From a virus, in IMG/VR virus record IMGVR_UViG_3300045988_171585, positions 1-57,195 of that record: 57,195 bases of DNA; one strand, given 5' to 3'. The notes beneath the pieces were generated by a model that was given only the letters and a program-made list of their open reading frames with translations, was not told the DNA's origin and made no database searches. The translations under genes were made by a program, and so were the position numbers. Positions 9,109-18,531 of this stretch are shown here, piece after piece; position 1 is the first letter of the stretch, and each line of letters opens with the position of its first letter.

Positions 9109-9336
9109 ATGAAAAAAGAAGTATTAAATATTATGGAAGAATTAGAGAGGTTAAGTGTTAGTAAAGATTATAGGACTTTTGAATTAGCACTTGCATTGTT
9201 CTTAAGAAGTGATAGAGATGTAGTAAAATCATTATCAAATGAAGAATTAGAAGATTTGGATAATACAATTTATGATAGTGATTACTTTATGAGTGATGAT
9301 TTAAGAGATTATATTGATAGTGTGGTGGAGGAATAG
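9109..9336 (+). CDS. hypothetical early protein (very acidic C-terminus)
   Basis: Junction motif gaggagagtgaatagttATG. Confidence 0.55.
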   Translation: MKKEVLNIMEELERLSVSKDYRTFELALALFLRSDRDVVKSLSNEELEDLDNTIYDSDYFMSDDLRDYIDSVVEE

Positions 9337-9338
9337 TT

Positions 9339-9539
9339 ATGGAAGATAAAATAATTGATATTATATATGATTTGATAAAAGATAAAAATCTATATAATTA
9401 TGATAATGACGATGATTTAAAAAATGTTAAAATTGAAGCTTTCACAAATATTTTAGGAAACAAGGTAATGTCTCTTAGAATAGGAAATACTGAGTACCTA
9501 GTTAGTTGTGAAGCAATATGGAGGGGTAGCAATGTTTAG
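9339..9539 (+). CDS. hypothetical early protein
   Basis: Junction motif. Confidence 0.5.
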   Translation: MEDKIIDIIYDLIKDKNLYNYDNDDDLKNVKIEAFTNILGNKVMSLRIGNTEYLVSCEAIWRGSNV

Positions 9540-9747
9540 AAAAGGTTTAGAAGAAGAGTTTAATACTTGGCTTGATAATACCGAGTTTAGTAGTGAAATA
9601 TTTGATAAAGTTAATGATTTAACTGATGCAGATAAAAATTATATTATAAATGCTGTGTTAGATGATGAACAGTTGACACAAGAGATGTTTAATTGTTTTG
9701 AGTGGTATTTAAATAGATATTTAGAGATATACAAGGAGAGTGATTAG
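9532..9747 (+). CDS. hypothetical early protein
   Basis: Start refined to the ATG at 9532 (ggaggggtagcaATG). Confidence 0.5.
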   Translation: MFRKGLEEEFNTWLDNTEFSSEIFDKVNDLTDADKNYIINAVLDDEQLTQEMFNCFEWYLNRYLEIYKESD

Positions 9748-9749
9748 TT

Positions 9750-9956
9750 ATGAATAATATTTATATAAAAGGTTTAGGTATTTATATCGGTGCTTTTGAT
9801 GAGGACGAATTAAAAAAAGGCATTGATAAAGAAGTTTTAAAAAAATATCAAGAAGAGTATCCGGAATATAAGTATGTAAATACAAAAATAGTAAAAATAC
9901 ACGGTATCAGAAAATTAGCAATATATATTTGTAATGCAAATGATTTTAAAATATAA
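9750..9956 (+). CDS. hypothetical early protein
   Basis: Junction motif aaggagagtgattagttATG. Confidence 0.55.
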   Translation: MNNIYIKGLGIYIGAFDEDELKKGIDKEVLKKYQEEYPEYKYVNTKIVKIHGIRKLAIYICNANDFKI

Positions 9957-9961
9957 GGAGA

Positions 9962-10312
9962 GTGATTAGTATGGAAAAGAAATATATTCATTATAAAAAA
10001 GTAGAGGGTAATTTTGGTATAGAAATAGATAAGGATATAGCTAAAAAATATATAAAATTAAAAAAAGAAATAGCACGCCTTGAGAAAGAGCTTGCTCCTA
10101 TCGAAAGTAAATTAAAAGAGGATAGTATTAATGTATTATCAAAATTAGAAGAGAAGAAGTTTACATCAAATGATATTGATATTACTTATATAAAACCGTA
10201 TATTAAAAATAGCTTTGATACAACTAGATTTAAAAGTGAAAAACCTACTCTATACAAGAAATATATAAAAGAAACAAATGTACGTGCAAGTGTTAAAATC
10301 GAGGTGATATAA
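9962..10312 (+). CDS. hypothetical protein (Lys-rich, coiled-coil)
   Basis: Junction motif. Confidence 0.5.
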   Translation: MISMEKKYIHYKKVEGNFGIEIDKDIAKKYIKLKKEIARLEKELAPIESKLKEDSINVLSKLEEKKFTSNDIDITYIKPYIKNSFDTTRFKSEKPTLYKKYIKETNVRASVKIEVI

Positions 10313-10734
10313 TGCTTTATACAATTAAAGATCTAGAAGAATTATTCTCATCTTTAAATAAAAACTGTAGAGTTTTTAAAGATGATGGATCCCTTACGAA
10401 GCAGGGACGTATCGGATATGAAATAGCGAAAAAAGCAATGTATGTATTAGGTATGTCCTCTGGACTTATGGGAGAAGAATATTACAAACATGTTATAGAT
10501 AGAATAGATGAAATGCTTAAAGATAACATAATTGATTTAACCCCTTTCATTGGTTTTGCGGGTAAGAGAAAAAATATATCAGAAGAAACAAAAAATAAAA
10601 TTTATGAAAAATATAAGACCGGTAAACTATCACAGATAGAGTTGGCGAGGGTATATGGTATATCCCAGCAGAGGGTATCGGCAATAATACGTGAAGAAAT
10701 AAAAAAAGAAATTGAAAAGAATAAAAATAAATGA
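10312..10734 (+). CDS. HTH DNA-binding protein (sigma-70 region-4-like)
   Basis: C-terminal LSQIELARVYGISQQRVSAIIRE helix-turn-helix. Confidence 0.5.
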   Translation: MLYTIKDLEELFSSLNKNCRVFKDDGSLTKQGRIGYEIAKKAMYVLGMSSGLMGEEYYKHVIDRIDEMLKDNIIDLTPFIGFAGKRKNISEETKNKIYEKYKTGKLSQIELARVYGISQQRVSAIIREEIKKEIEKNKNK

Positions 10735-10761
10735 TATAATAAATTATAAGGATGTGTAAGC

Positions 10762-12198
10762 ATGAAAATAATAGTATCAAATGTAATAAAAATAGAAAAA
10801 CCGACAAAAGAAATGAAAGATTTCTGCATAAAAGAACTTACATTTAAAAACCCAGAGTATCAGAAAAAATTAAAAATGGGCTTTTATGCTTATGGAACAC
10901 CAAAAGATATAAAACTATATGATATTTATGAAAATGATATTTATGTTCCGGTCGGTTTCTTTAATGAGATATGGAAAAAATATCCTATTGTCAATGATTA
11001 TGTTGACTACACTGTAACAGTACCCATTGATGTTTCTAGTAAAATAGTATTAAGAGAATATCAAAAACCGTGTCTTAGAGCTGTTGAAGAAAATTATACC
11101 GGTATATTAAATTTACCATGTGGTACCGGCAAGACTGTAGTTGCGACCGAGTGTATTTGTCATTTAAAACAAAAAACTTTGTGGCTAACACATACGATAG
11201 ACTTAGTTAATCAAGCGAAAGATACCGCAGAAGAATTAACAACAATTAAAACAAGTTTAATAACTGATGGAAAATGTGATACATCTGGAGATGTTGTTTA
11301 TGGGACAGTACAGAGCGTGCTTAAATTTGTTGAAAATGGCGTGTTAAAACCTAATATGTTTGGTATGATTGTTCATGATGAGTGTCAGCATTTATCAGCT
11401 AATCCTAAAAGTATACAAATGTTTAGGAAATGTATTGAACATTTTGCGGCAAGATACCGCATCGGACTTAGTGCCACTGTTTGGCGAGCAGATGGTTTAG
11501 ATCCATGTATTTTAAAAATAATAGGCGATGTTATTTATAAAATGGAACAATATAAAAAAGTTTATAGATGTATATATAATGATGAAGTATTACTTGAAAT
11601 ACCTGTTGATAAATTTCAAGTACCAGCAAAGATAAAAGTTATAGAGACTAATTACGATATTTTAGATAAACCTGTTTATGATAAAAATGGCGGAACATTA
11701 CAATTTGCTACACTAGTTAGTAATTTGGCTGAAGATAAAGAACGAAATGATTTAATTGTTACAACATTAAAAACCGTAAAAGGAAGCACAATTGTATTGT
11801 CTGATAGAATATCACAATTAGAATACCTAGCAAGTAAATTTAACGATAGTGTGTTAGTAACTGGAAGTACACCTAAAAAGCTTAGAGAACAAAATTTAAA
11901 TGATGTTAGAAATGGTAAGGTAAAGTATTTATTCGCTAGCTACCAATTGGCAAAAGAGGGGCTAAACTGTACTATACTTGAAAACTTAGTTATGGCAACA
12001 CCAGTTAAGACATTTTCAACTGTGGTGCAATCTATAGGTAGAATACAAAGACCACATGGTAATAAACAAGTAGCATGTGTATATGACTTTGTAGACAATG
12101 TTGGAATGCTATACGGATTTTATAATAAAAGACGAAGTATTTATAGAAAGAATAATTGGGAAATTGAAAATATATACTTAGGAGGTGGAAATAAATGA
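10762..12198 (+). CDS. SF2 DEAD/DEAH-box DNA helicase
   Basis: Walker A LPCGTGKT, motif II HDECQH, SAT-like LSAT, C-terminal helicase motifs. Confidence 0.75.
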   Translation: MKIIVSNVIKIEKPTKEMKDFCIKELTFKNPEYQKKLKMGFYAYGTPKDIKLYDIYENDIYVPVGFFNEIWKKYPIVNDYVDYTVTVPIDVSSKIVLREYQKPCLRAVEENYTGILNLPCGTGKTVVATECICHLKQKTLWLTHTIDLVNQAKDTAEELTTIKTSLITDGKCDTSGDVVYGTVQSVLKFVENGVLKPNMFGMIVHDECQHLSANPKSIQMFRKCIEHFAARYRIGLSATVWRADGLDPCILKIIGDVIYKMEQYKKVYRCIYNDEVLLEIPVDKFQVPAKIKVIETNYDILDKPVYDKNGGTLQFATLVSNLAEDKERNDLIVTTLKTVKGSTIVLSDRISQLEYLASKFNDSVLVTGSTPKKLREQNLNDVRNGKVKYLFASYQLAKEGLNCTILENLVMATPVKTFSTVVQSIGRIQRPHGNKQVACVYDFVDNVGMLYGFYNKRRSIYRKNNWEIENIYLGGGNK

Positions 12199-12247
12199 TA
12201 TTATTAATATTTATTGTCGGGTTATTCTTAATATTAATTGATGCCTA

Positions 12248-12469
12248 ATGAGTTTTTCACAAAAAATAATATATGAGTGTATATGCAAGTATTATAAAGA
12301 AAAAGGCATCTCTCCTAGCGTGCGTGATTTATGTAGAATGGCAAGTTTAAGCTCATCAGAAACAGTACATAAACATCTTAAAAATCTAGAACGCTTAGGA
12401 TATATTTATATTGAAAAAAATAAACCTAGAGGTATTATTATCATAAAAGGAGATGGTGTAAATGACTAA
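12248..12469 (+). CDS. LexA-like N-terminal winged-helix DNA-binding protein (no peptidase domain)
   Basis: Pattern GISPSVRDL...LSSSETVHKHLKNLERLGYIYIEKNKPRGI matches the LexA DNA-binding domain; ORF ends after this domain. Confidence 0.55.
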   Translation: MSFSQKIIYECICKYYKEKGISPSVRDLCRMASLSSSETVHKHLKNLERLGYIYIEKNKPRGIIIIKGDGVND

Positions 12470-12791
12470 ATTAGTTGATACAGATGTAGGCACTTTTTTT
12501 CGTGATAGCAAAGATACTGTATACAGATTATGGAAATATAAAAAAATATATACTCCATACGAGTTAGACAAAAGATTTAAAGATGAAAGCATTTATGAAG
12601 ACGATACATGCACGTTTGTTAAAATAATCGATATCATGGAAATACCAAACGATATATTAATAAAATTTAGAGTTATGTTTGATGATTGTTTATATGATGA
12701 TGAAAAAAATTTTACAGATAGTGGTTGCTATATATTTGAAAGACTATCTGATATAAAATTGTCGGAGTATGATTATGATAACAAAAGATGA
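12462..12791 (+). CDS. hypothetical protein
   Basis: ORF with overlapping coupling. Confidence 0.45.
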   Translation: MTKLVDTDVGTFFRDSKDTVYRLWKYKKIYTPYELDKRFKDESIYEDDTCTFVKIIDIMEIPNDILIKFRVMFDDCLYDDEKNFTDSGCYIFERLSDIKLSEYDYDNKR

Positions 12792-12969
12792 TTATAATAA
12801 AGTGTTAAGAGCTTACAAAATAGCAAAAGAAAAGTTTAGAAAATTAGAGGAACATTATTATAATCATATGATAGAATGCTCTAAAAGAGAAGCACATATT
12901 AAATATTTAGAGTGGAAAGTTAAAGATTTGGAGGAAAGATTAAATTATGATGACAGAAAAAGATTATAA
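12769..12969 (+). CDS. hypothetical protein
   Basis: ORF. Confidence 0.4.
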   Translation: MIMITKDDYNKVLRAYKIAKEKFRKLEEHYYNHMIECSKREAHIKYLEWKVKDLEERLNYDDRKRL

Positions 12970-13282
12970 TGCAATTGCACTTGAACTTGTAAAAATGAGT
13001 ATTGAGAATAATGAATACCCAGAATTATGCAGAGTATACATGGACGGTCATAAAGACATACTCGACATGGCTTTTTTATATAATTATTATTACGAAAAAA
13101 TAACAGAAAAAATTTTAAAAAAAAGGGAACAGGCTTCTATAGTAAAAAATAATGAAAAAAGTTCTAATAACTCTGAGTTTTTGCAAAGACTTAGAGAAAA
13201 AATTGCTGAAAATTCAGGAGACATGGAACCCCGAGTTAATACATTATTATTAAATATGATCGACGCAGAACTTAAAAAATAA
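12947..13282 (+). CDS. hypothetical protein
   Basis: ORF. Confidence 0.45.
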   Translation: MMTEKDYNAIALELVKMSIENNEYPELCRVYMDGHKDILDMAFLYNYYYEKITEKILKKREQASIVKNNEKSSNNSEFLQRLREKIAENSGDMEPRVNTLLLNMIDAELKK

Positions 13283-13307
13283 TTTTATAAAATTTCATGA
13301 AAATAAG

Positions 13308-13336
13308 TTGACATCTGAGACAATTTATAGTATGAT
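13308..13336 (+). promoter_or_regulatory. sigmaA promoter TTGACA-N17-TATGAT
   Basis: Read directly upstream of 13370. Confidence 0.6.
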
Positions 13337-13369
13337 TTAATCACAGAGTAACGATGTGAGGTAGATGCT

Positions 13370-13636
13370 ATGAAAAACTCAAAAAGAAAATATCTGTTAA
13401 GAGAAAAATATAATCATCAAGACTTACTTGATGGTAGAGCTATAAAATATTTATCTAGCAAAATCGATTTCAATAGAGAGTACACATCTCTTATTTTAAG
13501 AGGTAAAAGACGTTGCACTTATGAGATTGCTGATAAAATTATAAAGGCTTTATCTTTGCAAGGAAGTGTTGATGATTATTTTTACATCGTTGAGTATAAG
13601 GAGTGTGAACCATGGAAAAAGACACAACAGAATTAA
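13370..13636 (+). CDS. XRE-like HTH protein
   Basis: HTH-like segment upstream of the VirE gene. Confidence 0.45.
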   Translation: MKNSKRKYLLREKYNHQDLLDGRAIKYLSSKIDFNREYTSLILRGKRRCTYEIADKIIKALSLQGSVDDYFYIVEYKECEPWKKTQQN

Positions 13637-15015
13637 CAAAAGAAGAACTACTTAATCCTGATTTCATTCCGAGTATATTTAAGCACTATAAAGATCCACA
13701 AGAAAGAGAAGAAGTGCTCACTGAAATAATGGAAGTTGGTAAAAGTTATAAAATCGGTGGGAAGTTAAAAGATGCTATTGGACGATGCACACAATTAGAA
13801 CAAAGTATAAATGGACAAGTTTTTAACTTTTTGATTTTCAATAAGTCAGGTAATCCTGAAGTAACTACACAAAACTTTTTAAATATTTTTGAAAATGATC
13901 CTAGTATATCCAATACCGTTAGGTATGATGAATTTTCAGGTATAGTTAGTAGACTTAAGAATGGTAAATGGGTACCATGGACGGATTCGGATGATTCTGA
14001 TTTAATGTGTGCTATTGAAAAGGAATATAAAATATATAACTCTGATAAATATTATAAAGCGTTTGATAAATTTATAAAAGATCGTGCAGAAAACCCACTA
14101 AAAGAATTAATAGAAAGAGAACCTTGGGATGGTGTTCCGAGACTAGATAGATTTTTGATAGATATATTTCATTGTGATGATGAAAGATACACGGAAGAGG
14201 TATCTCGCATGATATTTTATGGAGGTATTAGTCGTTTATACGACCCTGGATGTAAATTTGATTATATGCCAATATTTATAGGGGCTCAAGGAACTTATAA
14301 AAGTACCCTTGTTAAATGGCTTGCTTTAGAAGAAAAATATTTTAGAGAGATATCAACAATTGAAGGTAAAGACGCTATGGAAATACTTGAAGGTGCTTGG
14401 ATATGTGAGTTTGCAGAACTACTTGCAATGGTACGAACTAGAGAAGTTGAAGCAATGAAAGGCTATATAAGTAGGACAACAGACACCTTTAGAAGAAGTT
14501 ATGATAGAAGAGTATCACATGTTCCTAGAAGTTGTATTTTTATCGGAACAACAAACGAAGAAGAGTTTTTAGTAGATAAAACAGGTAATAGAAGATATCT
14601 ACCCATTAAGATAAGAACAAAAATGGGTGAGTTTTATGGAAGAGAAGAAGAGATAAAAAATTATATATTAGCCTGTTGGCGAGAAGCTCTTTATTTATAT
14701 AATCATGGAAAGACATATTTATCACTACCTCTTGATGTATATGAAATTGCTGTTAGAAAACAAGAAGGTGCTGTTGAAGATGATCCTAAAGTTGGTTTAA
14801 TTAGAGAATATCTTGATAATCAAGAAGTTGGTTACAAAGTATGTTGTCTAGAGTTATTTACAAAATGTTTAAATGGAATAAAAAAGAACTATGATAGAAG
14901 TGCTTCTCGTGATATTGGTAGAATACTAAATAATATATCTGGTTGGGAACGAGGAGAGAAACCAGCAAGACTACAAGACTATGGTGTTCAGAAGTATTGG
15001 GAGAAAATGGAGTGA
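13612..15015 (+). CDS. VirE-family (phage/plasmid primase-associated) P-loop NTPase
   Basis: GAQGTYKST Walker A within a VirE-like core; sits adjacent to the prim-pol gene. Confidence 0.6.
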   Translation: MEKDTTELTKEELLNPDFIPSIFKHYKDPQEREEVLTEIMEVGKSYKIGGKLKDAIGRCTQLEQSINGQVFNFLIFNKSGNPEVTTQNFLNIFENDPSISNTVRYDEFSGIVSRLKNGKWVPWTDSDDSDLMCAIEKEYKIYNSDKYYKAFDKFIKDRAENPLKELIEREPWDGVPRLDRFLIDIFHCDDERYTEEVSRMIFYGGISRLYDPGCKFDYMPIFIGAQGTYKSTLVKWLALEEKYFREISTIEGKDAMEILEGAWICEFAELLAMVRTREVEAMKGYISRTTDTFRRSYDRRVSHVPRSCIFIGTTNEEEFLVDKTGNRRYLPIKIRTKMGEFYGREEEIKNYILACWREALYLYNHGKTYLSLPLDVYEIAVRKQEGAVEDDPKVGLIREYLDNQEVGYKVCCLELFTKCLNGIKKNYDRSASRDIGRILNNISGWERGEKPARLQDYGVQKYWEKME

Positions 15016-15026
15016 TTTAGATTAAA

Positions 15027-15055
15027 AAGTAATTTTATATTACTTTTTTTAATTT
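15027..15055 (+). terminator. Rho-independent terminator
   Basis: aaagtaa ttttata ttacttt followed by a T-run. Confidence 0.45.
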
Positions 15056-15060
15056 TCCTA

Positions 15061-15089
15061 TTGACTTTTATTGTAGAATAGTGTAGAAT
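15061..15089 (+). promoter_or_regulatory. sigmaA promoter TTGACTTTTAT-N-TAGAAT
   Basis: Cassette shared with 3370, 6924 and 17861; contains the tagtgtagaat motif also found at 3240. Confidence 0.65.
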
Positions 15090-15110
15090 TAAATTAAGAA
15101 AGGAGATAAC

Positions 15111-16088
15111 ATGAAAACATATTATAAAAATAAAAGAAATAAAGCGGGATTATCACAAAGTGATATGGCTAAGGAACTTGGTATTCCTTGTGTGAAATAC
15201 GAACAAATAGAGAGAGGAGAAATAAAAATGCCAAAAAGATTAATTGATAAGTTTAATGAAATAATTAGTCGTGGTAATAATATTCATTCGCTTGAAAAAT
15301 TAGAACACGAAAGAGAAGTAAATGAATATATCGATTGGTTAAGTAAAAATGATCATTTAAAATTAGAAATGGACAGATTTAATATATCAACTCGAAATGA
15401 ATTAGGACAACTGTTAGGATATACGGACGGTTCAATAATTAGTAAATTATTTTCGGGAAAATTCGCAGATGCTTATGATTTAAAAAATAAAATATATTTA
15501 TTTTTTCACGACGAATTAAATATGCAACCGAAAAAATCAAAAAAACAAATATTAAATAAACAAATATCAGATAAACAAAAATTACTTACTAGTAAGTTAA
15601 AAAAATATTGTGAATGTTATGAATTAACACAGCGTGAGTTGTCTAAACAGTTGTGTATGAGTCAGCCAACTATTAATAGAATTTTAATGGAAACACAAAC
15701 AGTAAGTAATTCGACTTTGAATAAAATAGATACTTTTTTAAAGAGCAAAAGTTTTAATAAGAATCGTGTAGAGTCAACAGCAGAGGAAGAATCCGTACCA
15801 CAAGTTATGTTTTTAGCACCAACACCAAACGAAGATATAGATATGCTTTTCCCAGAGTTGCCAAGTAATGATTCTAATGTAACCGTTATAGATTTTGACT
15901 TAAATGGTTCTGAAAAAACTACTGATGTAACTGTTCCTGATGAAACAGATTCAAAAGAACTATATAGTATTAAAAAGATATATAATGAAAATCACGAAAA
16001 GATACAAAAATTAACCGAAGAAATTAATAAATTAACACAAAGAGAAGATGTATTACTAGATATATTAAAAGAAATTGAGAGGTTATAA
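15111..16088 (+). CDS. Transcriptional regulator with two XRE-type HTH domains
   Basis: LSQSDMAKELGIPCVKYEQIERGE and LTQRELSKQLCMSQPTINRIL. Confidence 0.55.
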   Translation: MKTYYKNKRNKAGLSQSDMAKELGIPCVKYEQIERGEIKMPKRLIDKFNEIISRGNNIHSLEKLEHEREVNEYIDWLSKNDHLKLEMDRFNISTRNELGQLLGYTDGSIISKLFSGKFADAYDLKNKIYLFFHDELNMQPKKSKKQILNKQISDKQKLLTSKLKKYCECYELTQRELSKQLCMSQPTINRILMETQTVSNSTLNKIDTFLKSKSFNKNRVESTAEEESVPQVMFLAPTPNEDIDMLFPELPSNDSNVTVIDFDLNGSEKTTDVTVPDETDSKELYSIKKIYNENHEKIQKLTEEINKLTQREDVLLDILKEIERL

Positions 16089-16090
16089 TT

Positions 16091-16792
16091 ATGGATTTAG
16101 CGATTAAAGTTTACGACATTGATTATTCGTTTTTATTAAAGAATTATCTAAACCCTGAGTATTGGAATAAATCGTGGCATTTATTTGTATATAAGGATTT
16201 TGTATTTGATTTGTCAATGAGTAGTATTGATTGTGAATATAAAAAGGTTTGTTTCAAAATTAAAGGAACACACGGTGAAGATAACAGGATAAATTATGTT
16301 TATTGTTACCTTAATAACACAACAATAACTGTGCTTAAAAAACAAATAAATGGTGCAATAATAGGTATTATGGAAAGTCTTGAAAAATGTGAAATTCGTG
16401 AGCAAAACGGATATGCTCGTCTTTGTAAATTAGAAACTGAAGAAGATGAACAATTAGAAAGCTTAGCTGTTGATTTCTTAGATGAGCACGGAATTGACAA
16501 TAAAAAATTAAGAGAGTTATTTATAGATGACTACAAAAGTGCTTATAGTACAATGTATGAAAAAAAAGAGGCATATATCGAAAATAACTTATATACTGTG
16601 TTTACAGATATGTATGTTACTTTTACAAGTATCACTAAAGATGAAACAAGACTTAATAAAATACTCGCTAAAACAAGAAGTATTATTGATTTGAATAAGA
16701 TTAATAAAGAACTTGAAGAGTATGGTTGCACTTTAACTTCAAAAGAACATTTAGAATATTTGAAAGATGGTTTAGAGGAGATTGAAATATAA
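16091..16792 (+). CDS. hypothetical protein
   Basis: ORF. Confidence 0.5.
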   Translation: MDLAIKVYDIDYSFLLKNYLNPEYWNKSWHLFVYKDFVFDLSMSSIDCEYKKVCFKIKGTHGEDNRINYVYCYLNNTTITVLKKQINGAIIGIMESLEKCEIREQNGYARLCKLETEEDEQLESLAVDFLDEHGIDNKKLRELFIDDYKSAYSTMYEKKEAYIENNLYTVFTDMYVTFTSITKDETRLNKILAKTRSIIDLNKINKELEEYGCTLTSKEHLEYLKDGLEEIEI

Positions 16793-17598
16793 TGAAAGGC
16801 ATTTGGGAAAAACTAAACATCCTATATGTGAACAAAGGTCTTAGAATATTTCCTGTAATGGAAAATGGAAAATTACCAATATTAAAGAGTTGGCAAACAG
16901 AATGTTCAGCATCATTTACACAAATTTTGTATTGGATCGAGAATACCCAAAATTGTAATTGGGGACTTCCAGCAACACCAAATAATCTATTCGTTATAGA
17001 TTTAGATGTACACGATGAAAGTAAGAATGGGATAGAAAACTTTGCGAAGTTACTTTCTGATATCGGATTATCATGTGAAGAAGTAAACACTCTTATTCAA
17101 GTTACACCATCTGGTGGTAAACACTTGATATATTTATCGGACGATGACTTAAAAGAAGTTGCAAATACTTCACAAAGTTTTGATAAATATCCAGGTATTG
17201 ATGTACGTACAAGCGGTTATATTGTAGTTGAGCCATCAGTGATAAATGGAAAAGAATACAAGTTTATAACAGATATCGAGCCACAACCTATGCCAGAAAA
17301 ATTAAAAGAGTTCATATTGAATAACTCTGAAAAAAAAGGCAAAGAAAAAACTCCTTATGTCAAACCTAAGGAGCAGGTTGAGGTTGGAAACCGTGATAAT
17401 TCGTTATTCCAATATATAAATCATTTATACTACAAAACAGATTTAGACTTTGACGAAATATTACTACTAGCCGAAGTGTTCAATGAGAGTTTTGAAGAAC
17501 CATATCCAAATCGAGATGTTGAGTATAAAGTTAAAAAAGCTTTTGAAAAATCTCGTGGTAATAGAATAATAATTAATTTGGGAGATAACAATGAATGA
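16792..17598 (+). CDS. Bifunctional DNA primase-polymerase (Prim-Pol N-terminal domain)
   Basis: Motifs LFVIDLDVHD, TPSGGKHLIY, GYIVVEPS. Confidence 0.7.
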   Translation: MKGIWEKLNILYVNKGLRIFPVMENGKLPILKSWQTECSASFTQILYWIENTQNCNWGLPATPNNLFVIDLDVHDESKNGIENFAKLLSDIGLSCEEVNTLIQVTPSGGKHLIYLSDDDLKEVANTSQSFDKYPGIDVRTSGYIVVEPSVINGKEYKFITDIEPQPMPEKLKEFILNNSEKKGKEKTPYVKPKEQVEVGNRDNSLFQYINHLYYKTDLDFDEILLLAEVFNESFEEPYPNRDVEYKVKKAFEKSRGNRIIINLGDNNE

Positions 17599-17756
17599 TA
17601 AAATTAGATTAGGTATATCAATTATCTTAATAGGTGTTATAAACATATTAATTTGTTTGTCAAATATTTTTTGGTATCACGATAGATTTATTGCTTGTAT
17701 TGGTGTGTGCTTGAATGGGATTATGATAATGCTTATCTACATCGAATCCAAATTAT
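17592..17756 (+). CDS. small two-TM membrane protein (54 aa)
   Basis: ATG overlapping the prim-pol stop; product has two hydrophobic helices. Confidence 0.35.
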
Positions 17757-17860
17757 AAAAAAATTGAGGAGGATTCCTCAATTAAGAAATGAACAAAGTG
17801 CTAAAAGTTAATTTAACACTATAATATTATAACATAAAGAAGTAATTTAGTAAAATTCAT

Positions 17861-17889
17861 TGACTTTTATGGACTAATATCGTATAATA
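17861..17889 (+). promoter_or_regulatory. sigmaA promoter TTGACTTTTAT-N-TATAAT
   Basis: ttgact 17861-17866, tataat 17884-17889. Confidence 0.65.
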
Positions 17890-17907
17890 ATAGATAGGAG
17901 GTATTGT

Positions 17908-18138
17908 ATGAAGTTTGTAGAACTTATGGAATCAAAAAAAAGAGAACTAGCAATGAGCAATACACAATTCGCTGAATACATTGGAAAACATCGTTCGTGG
18001 GTAGTAGCATTATTTAATCCAAAGGCTATTCAAAGACCTTTAAGAGAAAGTACAATGTGTTTACTATACGAAAAATTAGATATTCCGTTTGAAGTAATGG
18101 AAGAGTATAATAGAGAAGTTTTGGAAAGTAGAGGTTAA
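17908..18138 (+). CDS. XRE-like HTH protein
   Basis: MSNTQFAEYIGKHRSWVVALFN. Confidence 0.45.
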   Translation: MKFVELMESKKRELAMSNTQFAEYIGKHRSWVVALFNPKAIQRPLRESTMCLLYEKLDIPFEVMEEYNREVLESRG

Positions 18139-18141
18139 TGT

Positions 18142-18531
18142 ATGGGTCTTAAACAACAAGTTGTAGGAAAAACATGGGAACAGGAAATAATTGATGCTTA
18201 TTATGATAAAGGTTGGCAACCTTTTAAAATACCGACAGAAATAAAAGGAACCTGCTTTGATATTATTTTGATTAAAAACTCTAGTTGTATGTGTATCGAA
18301 GCGAAACATATACAGGGTGATAAGTTGTATTTTAAAGGTAGCGGACTTTCAAAAAAACAAGATGAGTTAAATCATTTTGTAAGTCATTGTAGAACTAATG
18401 TTTATATTTTTGTTAAGTCAGACAAAACAGGATGTTTTTGGACAAGTTGGGTAGAGGCTAAAAACCATTTTCTAAAAAAAGGTTATATTTGTAAAGAAGA
18501 TTGTATAGATATGGGGGGCATGTTAGAGTGA
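18142..18531 (+). CDS. Hjc-like Holliday junction resolvase (PD-(D/E)xK)
   Basis: G-x3-E-x9-GW ... DIILIK ... CIEAKH layout matches the archaeal-Hjc/phage resolvase fold. Confidence 0.55.
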   Translation: MGLKQQVVGKTWEQEIIDAYYDKGWQPFKIPTEIKGTCFDIILIKNSSCMCIEAKHIQGDKLYFKGSGLSKKQDELNHFVSHCRTNVYIFVKSDKTGCFWTSWVEAKNHFLKKGYICKEDCIDMGGMLE

